Of a DNA stretch of 64,000 nucleotides, positions 58,331-64,000 are shown in pieces; within the stretch, counting starts at the first letter, position 1; every line of letters starts with the position of its first letter. Position numbers and translations under genes: made by a program. This DNA comes from Marinicella sp. (GTDB lineage Bacteria; Pseudomonadota; Gammaproteobacteria; Xanthomonadales; Marinicellaceae), in contig OZ246001.1 in NCBI GenBank assembly GCA_965230295.1, positions 2,432,001-2,496,000 on the forward strand. Reading direction: 5' to 3'. Under the pieces are notes generated by a model. The model searched no databases, was not told the DNA's origin, and worked only from the letters and a program-made list of their open reading frames with translations.

Positions 58331-60262
58331 TTACCTCTGTTGTGGTGGCTTTTTTAGCTTCCGGTATAAGAATCGATTGGGGTGAATTATCTTACACAAA
58401 TCAGCTTCAAGAGGCAAAGGTTCTGCCAAGATCATCGCAGTTAAATACTGGGCCAGTAGTGGGGCAGAAGTAAACCCCCTGGAACCCAAACCATTCAAAA
58501 TATATAAGTTGGGTGTGGGTTGGGCAGGGGGGTAAGATTGCCAATGCCTGCCATGGTGTAAATCATGGTAGTCATCCATAAACTGGTGTTGCTCAATAAG
58601 GGGACCACAAATGGGTAAGTGGTCTGGTGTGGTTGCCCTGATGGCCGCATGTCCTTTGGGTTCAGTGGCATTTTTCAGTGTCGAATAAATGTCATGACCT
58701 TGCCACAGTTTTAGGTTTCTTGCCCAATGATCAGGGTGTAGTTCTGCGGGTCTTAGGACTTGCTCCTCTGGTACATGATCAAAGGTGGCACCGCACAACC
58801 ACAATTCCGCATTGGCTTGTGGAATCACATACCCGTTATCAAGCAAGATGTGGTCTAAACTGGCCTCCGCAGGCGGCTTTACCGTGGTGGTTTGGCCGTG
58901 CTTGGCAGTCAACGATGAATCAACAGGGTGTAGCAACTGTTGTGCTTGTATGCCATTGGCCACTATCAGCAAGTCGCATTCATGAAATGGGCTGTCAACT
59001 TCATCAAGCAGTTGCCATTTTTGATCATCAGATTGTTTGATTTTTGCTGTCTTTTGTGAAATCCAATGGTCAACATCAGCCAACAAGCGTTGTGCCACAT
59101 TGCGGGTGTCGATGTAACCTGCTTTGGGGTAAAAAACATGGTGTTCACAGATCTTGACCAAATCTGCGGGCAAATTGGCGGCTGCCAGGCCGTTGCGCCA
59201 ACTCAGTTGTTTGGTTGATCTGAGTTCTTGTTGGACACCGATGCCATGCAATTCATCAGGTTGATAAAATGCCAGGGCTGTTTCGAATGCCCGCACATAT
59301 AATAAAGATTCAGGTGAGTCTTTGGCAGTCAGCAACGGCATCATCATGGCCATGCTGTTACCTGATGCCATTTGCATGGGCTCAGGGTGTTGGTCAATCA
59401 CAGTGGTTTCAAACCCGGCTTGTTTGAAGCTGTGGGCCAGGCACATGCCCGCAATACCTCCGCCTAAAATAGTGACTTTCTGATGGTGTCTCTGCGCAGC
59501 TGTTAAAGGCCACCAGGCATGTTTGTCCTGATCGGGTTGATGTGTTTTTTCACAGGTGGCGGTGATCATTTCTCTCTTTTTACCGTAACCGGGTTGTTTG
59601 TTGACTTTGAACCCCTGCGCAGTGAGGCTTTTTTGCACAGAAGAAGCTGCAGTGAATGTGGCCAGTGTGGTACCAGAGTTTGACAGCCGCTTAACTTCAG
59701 CGAAGAGACTGGGCTGCCACATTTCGGGATTTTTACTGGGAGCAAAGCCATCTAAAAACCAAGCATCCACATGTCCCTGGAGCTGAGACAATGATTCTGT
59801 TGCATCACCCAAAACCAACATCAATGTAATGCCTTGGCCCAAATTCAGGGTTTGGATTCCCAGACGGTGATTGCCCCAGACATTTAAAAGTTCTTCACTG
59901 TAGGGTTTGAGTTCTGGAAAGTGACTGTGTGCCTGTCGCATACTGCTGTGGTTGAGCGGATACTTTTCAAGGCTGATGTAATTAAGCTTGTTAGGCCTCC
60001 GTTGGCATTGATCCCATGCCTGTGACACGGCGAGAAAATTTAAGCCAGTACCGAACCCCGTTTCTGCTATACAAAAAGAGTCTGTTGTAGTGGCATTTTC
60101 CCAGCGTTTTATCAGTCGGTTTTGCTCAATAAACACATGTTTTGTCTCTGCTAAACCACCAGAATCATTGAAAAACACATCATTAAATTGACTCGAATAA
60201 GGCTGTTCATTCTTAATCAAGGCTTCATGAGGATTCAGGTAAGTCAATTGCAACATGGTCAT
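58331..60262 (-). CDS. mnmC: Bifunctional tRNA mnm5s2U34 methyltransferase / FAD-dependent oxidoreductase
   Basis: ETGFGTGLNF, DAWFLDGFAPSKNPEMW, GGGIAG, ASGN, GLGSRG. Confidence 0.93.
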   Translation of the reverse strand: MTMLQLTYLNPHEALIKNEQPYSSQFNDVFFNDSGGLAETKHVFIEQNRLIKRWENATTTDSFCIAETGFGTGLNFLAVSQAWDQCQRRPNKLNYISLEKYPLNHSSMRQAHSHFPELKPYSEELLNVWGNHRLGIQTLNLGQGITLMLVLGDATESLSQLQGHVDAWFLDGFAPSKNPEMWQPSLFAEVKRLSNSGTTLATFTAASSVQKSLTAQGFKVNKQPGYGKKREMITATCEKTHQPDQDKHAWWPLTAAQRHHQKVTILGGGIAGMCLAHSFKQAGFETTVIDQHPEPMQMASGNSMAMMMPLLTAKDSPESLLYVRAFETALAFYQPDELHGIGVQQELRSTKQLSWRNGLAAANLPADLVKICEHHVFYPKAGYIDTRNVAQRLLADVDHWISQKTAKIKQSDDQKWQLLDEVDSPFHECDLLIVANGIQAQQLLHPVDSSLTAKHGQTTTVKPPAEASLDHILLDNGYVIPQANAELWLCGATFDHVPEEQVLRPAELHPDHWARNLKLWQGHDIYSTLKNATEPKGHAAIRATTPDHLPICGPLIEQHQFMDDYHDLHHGRHWQSYPPAQPTPNLYILNGLGSRGFTSAPLLAQYLTAMILAEPLPLEADLCKIIHPNRFLYRKLKKPPQQR

Positions 60263-60346
60263 GTGCACATTATAGTGGAATATCCTGTGTGCATCATTTT
60301 GGACCGCAACTTGAAAATGGCTGCCCCACTTGATCCATGTGTCAGG

Positions 60347-60562
60347 TCATTCTTTTTTCAATACATTTTGCATCATGCCCTGGTTACACTCAGTACAAAT
60401 GTAATCTTTGGCTTTGAACGGGGCGTTGTTGCTTTGATAGTTATTAACTTTGATGTAAATGGTGTTGATGCGACAAGAACTACAGGTCAACCTGACAATT
60501 TGGTTCAATGACAATGGTTCAGCCGGGCCCATAAAAAAGTTGTTCGTAAAAGTTAAAACCAT
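60347..60562 (-). CDS. Possible small zinc-ribbon protein
   Basis: 71 aa filling an intergenic gap, with two CxxC motifs (CSSC, CTEC); start uncertain. Confidence 0.4.
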   Translation of the reverse strand: MVLTFTNNFFMGPAEPLSLNQIVRLTCSSCRINTIYIKVNNYQSNNAPFKAKDYICTECNQGMMQNVLKKE

Positions 60563-60673
60563 AAAAATTATCAGCGATAAAGCCTCGGCATGGAAAGACT
60601 TTTGGACAGAAATTCATATTTTAAGATTGTTAGGGCGCTAAATTGCTTTGCCATCAGTTAAAATAGCCTGCAC

Positions 60674-63007
60674 ATGACAAAAATTGATCCTAAAATCTCA
60701 ATTCCGGACTACCGCATCATCAGAAAGATAGGTGAAGGGGGTATGAGTGTTGTGTACTTGGCCTATCAAGAATCATTGAAACGTGAAGTGGCCTTGAAAG
60801 TCATGCGTCCCATCATTTCTGACGAAGAAAATGTGGTCAGACGTTTTGAACAAGAAGCAGAAATCATTGCCAAGTTGTATCACCCCAATATCGTTAATAT
60901 CTATGAAGTGGGTCATGTAGATGATGAGGTTTTGTTTTATTCCATGCCATTTTTGCAACATGGAGATTTAACCACTTTTGCCTATCACAATGATGAAGAA
61001 TTGAAGCAAATGATCGCTGGTATTTGTGATGGTTTGTCTTATGCACACACACAAGGCGTTGTCCATCGAGACATCAAACCTGAAAACATCCTGTTTGACC
61101 AATTTGGCAATGTGCAGATTGCTGATTTTGGCATTGCATTGAGTACTGGCAGGCGTCGTTTTACCAAGGACAGTCGCATAGTGGGCAGTGTTTATTACAT
61201 GAGTCCGGAGCAAGCTCAGTCAAAACATGTGGATGCGCGCTCTGATATATATGGTCTCGGTGCCATTTTGTATGAAGTGTTGACTGGTGAGCCTGTTTAT
61301 GATGAAGACAGTGATTTGTCTCTTATGATGGCTCATGTTTCTGATCCAATTCCAGAGTTGCCAGCTGAAATGGCCCAATGGCAAGGTGTGATCAACCGTT
61401 GTTTGGCTAAATCACCCAATCAACGGTATCAAAACATGCAAGAATTGAAAAATGCAGTTTTGGCTGTTAATGCAGGAACACAGCCATTTTGGACTTTGAC
61501 CCGGATGGGATTTTTAGCCACTGCCATACTGGCTGTCATCAGCATCGGACTGGTATGGAAAGTGACCAACGATCAATCCCCTCCCATGCTTGCCAATGAT
61601 CAACAGACCACATCTGTAAAGGGCGAATCAGCAAGCAATGGAACTGCTACGCAATTGGATCAGGAGCGTGGTGCTGACAGCGACAATCAAGCACTGACGG
61701 ATGCTACTGTTTCGGATCAATCAATTGATTCAGAGTTGGCAGGAATCACAGCTGAAGTTGATGAGGTACCAGTGGTTAATTTACTGAGTACAGATCAAGA
61801 ACAAGAATTGTTACAAAAAGCACGCCGCAACATCCAAAGAAAACAATTGACCACCCCCAAAGACAACAATGCACTGGATCAAATATTGTTGCTGCTGACC
61901 AACATCCCTGATCACAATGAAGCTTTGGGCTTACTCTCGGATGTGATGGCAGGTTACTATGATTTGGTTTACCAGGCGGTGTTAAAAAATGATTTCAGTC
62001 AGGCCAAGACTTTTGCTGATTCTGTGTCAGAAGTGCGGCATCGTACCATACTGGTCAATGAAAATTTGTTGGCACAATTAGAACAAAACACTGAATTAGA
62101 ACGCTCATTGATGCTAGGCACAGTGGTCGAAAAGTTCAACACTGCCAAAAGTAAATTGGATCATGTACAAACCAATCAGTTGATCGCTTTGGTTGATCAA
62201 GTGGTGCCAGGTCAAGAGTTGGTAGATGAATTGATGGACTCGGTAAAAACCATGTTGCGACCTGGTCAGGTTTTGCGCGATAAAGAAGGCGTTAAAACTG
62301 TGGTCATCACGCCTCAGTATAGAAGTCGCAAAGGCCTGTTAAGCTATGGCCTGGCTGTGACCATGAGTGAAATTACTTGGGCAGAATATGATCGATTTGT
62401 CAGCGCCACCAGCCATCCATTGAAACGGTGTAAAAGCCAAATCAGTTCTAACATGATATTCAGCCAGCGCAATTACACCAAACCGGGGTTCAAGACCTTT
62501 GATGACATGCCGGTGGTTTGTGTCAGTTGGCCAGATGCCAACCAATATGCCCAATGGTTGAGTCAACAAACAGGACATACTTATCGATTACCTACGGCTC
62601 GAGAATGGCAACATTTGAAAAAGCTCAGTCAGCGAACAGTGGTATGTGGTGAGGCCAATTTAGCGGGGCAGGAACTGCAGGCCAAACTGAATGAAAAAGC
62701 CCAGGAAAAGCCCTTGCATGGCTGTCATGACGGGAGTTTATACGTGGCCAGAATCAATCAATACAAAAAAGACAGCCTGGGCTTGATTGGCATTCAGGGT
62801 AACGTCAGCGAATGGTTATCCGGATGTGAAAAATTGGGTAAATTCAAAGCCATTTTTAACAAAGATGACCAATGTGATAGCAACCCGGTAATAGGCCGGT
62901 CCTGGTTGTCAGGAACTGACGATACAGGTGATGTTCATGCCATCGATTTTGATGAAGCCTGGACTCATGTGGGATTTCGGTTGATCCGGGATCTGAGAAA
63001 GGAATAA
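60674..63007 (+). CDS. Hanks-type Ser/Thr kinase with a TM segment and a C-terminal FGE-sulfatase-like domain
   Basis: IGEGGMSVVY, VALK, HRDIKPEN, DFG, YMSPEQ; then PVVCVSW.DA..YA.WLS...YRLPT..EW, GNVSEW, VGFRLIR. Confidence 0.9.
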   Translation: MTKIDPKISIPDYRIIRKIGEGGMSVVYLAYQESLKREVALKVMRPIISDEENVVRRFEQEAEIIAKLYHPNIVNIYEVGHVDDEVLFYSMPFLQHGDLTTFAYHNDEELKQMIAGICDGLSYAHTQGVVHRDIKPENILFDQFGNVQIADFGIALSTGRRRFTKDSRIVGSVYYMSPEQAQSKHVDARSDIYGLGAILYEVLTGEPVYDEDSDLSLMMAHVSDPIPELPAEMAQWQGVINRCLAKSPNQRYQNMQELKNAVLAVNAGTQPFWTLTRMGFLATAILAVISIGLVWKVTNDQSPPMLANDQQTTSVKGESASNGTATQLDQERGADSDNQALTDATVSDQSIDSELAGITAEVDEVPVVNLLSTDQEQELLQKARRNIQRKQLTTPKDNNALDQILLLLTNIPDHNEALGLLSDVMAGYYDLVYQAVLKNDFSQAKTFADSVSEVRHRTILVNENLLAQLEQNTELERSLMLGTVVEKFNTAKSKLDHVQTNQLIALVDQVVPGQELVDELMDSVKTMLRPGQVLRDKEGVKTVVITPQYRSRKGLLSYGLAVTMSEITWAEYDRFVSATSHPLKRCKSQISSNMIFSQRNYTKPGFKTFDDMPVVCVSWPDANQYAQWLSQQTGHTYRLPTAREWQHLKKLSQRTVVCGEANLAGQELQAKLNEKAQEKPLHGCHDGSLYVARINQYKKDSLGLIGIQGNVSEWLSGCEKLGKFKAIFNKDDQCDSNPVIGRSWLSGTDDTGDVHAIDFDEAWTHVGFRLIRDLRKE

Positions 63008-63018
63008 AAAATACCATT

Positions 63019-63672
63019 ATGAATGAAACAGAATATGAAGCTGATGATACAGCTGCTAAAGAAGCCTTCTTTACGTCCAAAGAAGCTCGTGTGATTGCTT
63101 GTTTGATGGAAAAACAACTGACCACACCCAACAATTACCCATTGAGCATGAACTCATTGTTGTTGGCTTGTAATCAAAAAACCAATCGCGTTCCAGTGAT
63201 GAACCTCACTGAAGGAGAGGTTGGTCATACGGTGAGTCAACTGGAAAACAGGAACCTGGTTGGTGTTGATTATGGAGGTCGGGCCAATCATGTCACGCAT
63301 CGGGTCATGACAGAGTTCAACATCGACCGCAAACAACAGGCCATCTTGGCCGTATTGATGGTTCGTGAGCCAATCACCCTGAATGACATCAAAACCAAAA
63401 CTGGCAGAATGGAAGATTTTTCTGGTGTGGAAGATGTGTTGTCGGTGGTCGATTCATTGATGGATCGGGACGAACCTTTGGTGATTCGTATCCCCAAAGG
63501 CCCTGGTAGTCGCGAAGATCGGTACACCCACCTGCTGTGTGGTGATGTGGATGTGACAACTGTTGTTCAACAAGTGAAGAAGCCAACCAGTACCCAGGCT
63601 TCAAGGATTGATGAACTTGAGTCTCGGGTGGAGAAATTAGAAGCACAAATTCAAGCCTTGTTGAATCGATAG
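63019..63672 (+). CDS. YceH (DUF480) family protein
   Basis: EARVIACLMEKQLTTPNNYPLSMNSL..ACNQKTNR.PVM, REDRYTHLLCG. Confidence 0.9.
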   Translation: MNETEYEADDTAAKEAFFTSKEARVIACLMEKQLTTPNNYPLSMNSLLLACNQKTNRVPVMNLTEGEVGHTVSQLENRNLVGVDYGGRANHVTHRVMTEFNIDRKQQAILAVLMVREPITLNDIKTKTGRMEDFSGVEDVLSVVDSLMDRDEPLVIRIPKGPGSREDRYTHLLCGDVDVTTVVQQVKKPTSTQASRIDELESRVEKLEAQIQALLNR

Positions 63673-63702
63673 GTTGCAACATGACAAGCAAAGTAAGTGT
63701 AG

Positions 63703-64000
63703 ATGGCTGCAATCGATACCAAGCATAAATCACCCAAGTATGGCGTCATTACCATGCTGGTTGCTGCCTTGGTGATCAGTACTTCCAGTGTGTGGGTTAA
63801 ATTGGCAGACATGGGCGCCACTGTGATAGGTTTTTATCGCATGTTCATTGGTGGTTTGTTGTTGGTCTTCATTTGCCTGTGGCAAAGTAAGCCTTTGTGG
63901 CGCAACCTGAATTACTCCAAATGGTTGTTTTTGGGTGCCCTGTTTTTTGCCGCCGATTTGTGGTTTTGGCATCGCTCCATCGATTTTGTTGGGCCAGGCC
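63703..64000 (+). CDS. DMT/EamA-family transporter; 3' end runs off the window
   Basis: Not in the ORF track. Open frame MAAIDTKHKSPKYGVITMLVAALVISTSSVWVKLAD...GFYRMFIGG...GALFFAADLWFWHRSI..VGPG. Confidence 0.85.
   Translation, partial: MAAIDTKHKSPKYGVITMLVAALVISTSSVWVKLADMGATVIGFYRMFIGGLLLVFICLWQSKPLWRNLNYSKWLFLGALFFAADLWFWHRSIDFVGPG

Overview
64 kb of chromosomal backbone from a moderately AT-rich Gammaproteobacterium. The gene set and the many secreted proteins carrying a D/E-L-I-F-x-D-G-F-D/E tag suggest a Marinicella-like marine lineage; this is inference. Housekeeping loci include uvrD, engB, cytochrome c4, two dsbA, relA, rnpB, glyQS, add, ggt, coaD, rsmD, ftsY, mutY, yggX, tRNA-Phe, tpx and mnmC. 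They are interleaved with three tandem NpdA-like surface-layer paralogs, a RegB/RegA pair with a RegA box upstream of a Met/His-rich outer-membrane protein, an AT-rich orphan HipA-like (YjjJ) toxin, a hybrid kinase lacking its phospho-His, and a double-spondin protein with its own two-component system. I saw no CRISPR array, integrase or transposase. The most striking observation is two unannotated intergenic regions, about 43539-43889 (+) and about 55709-56387 (-). They are homologous end to end and fold by eye into a multi-branch RNA built from repeated, covarying stem modules (AUGA/GAA loop, 9-bp helix, RRUU/AGAA loop, hairpin). Module number (2 vs 4) and order differ between the copies, and the larger copy carries two opposite-strand inserts of CsrA-type ANGGA hairpins. 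This is a candidate new family of large modular ncRNAs, or of RNA-structured mobile elements. All folds and alignments were done by eye and need computational confirmation.
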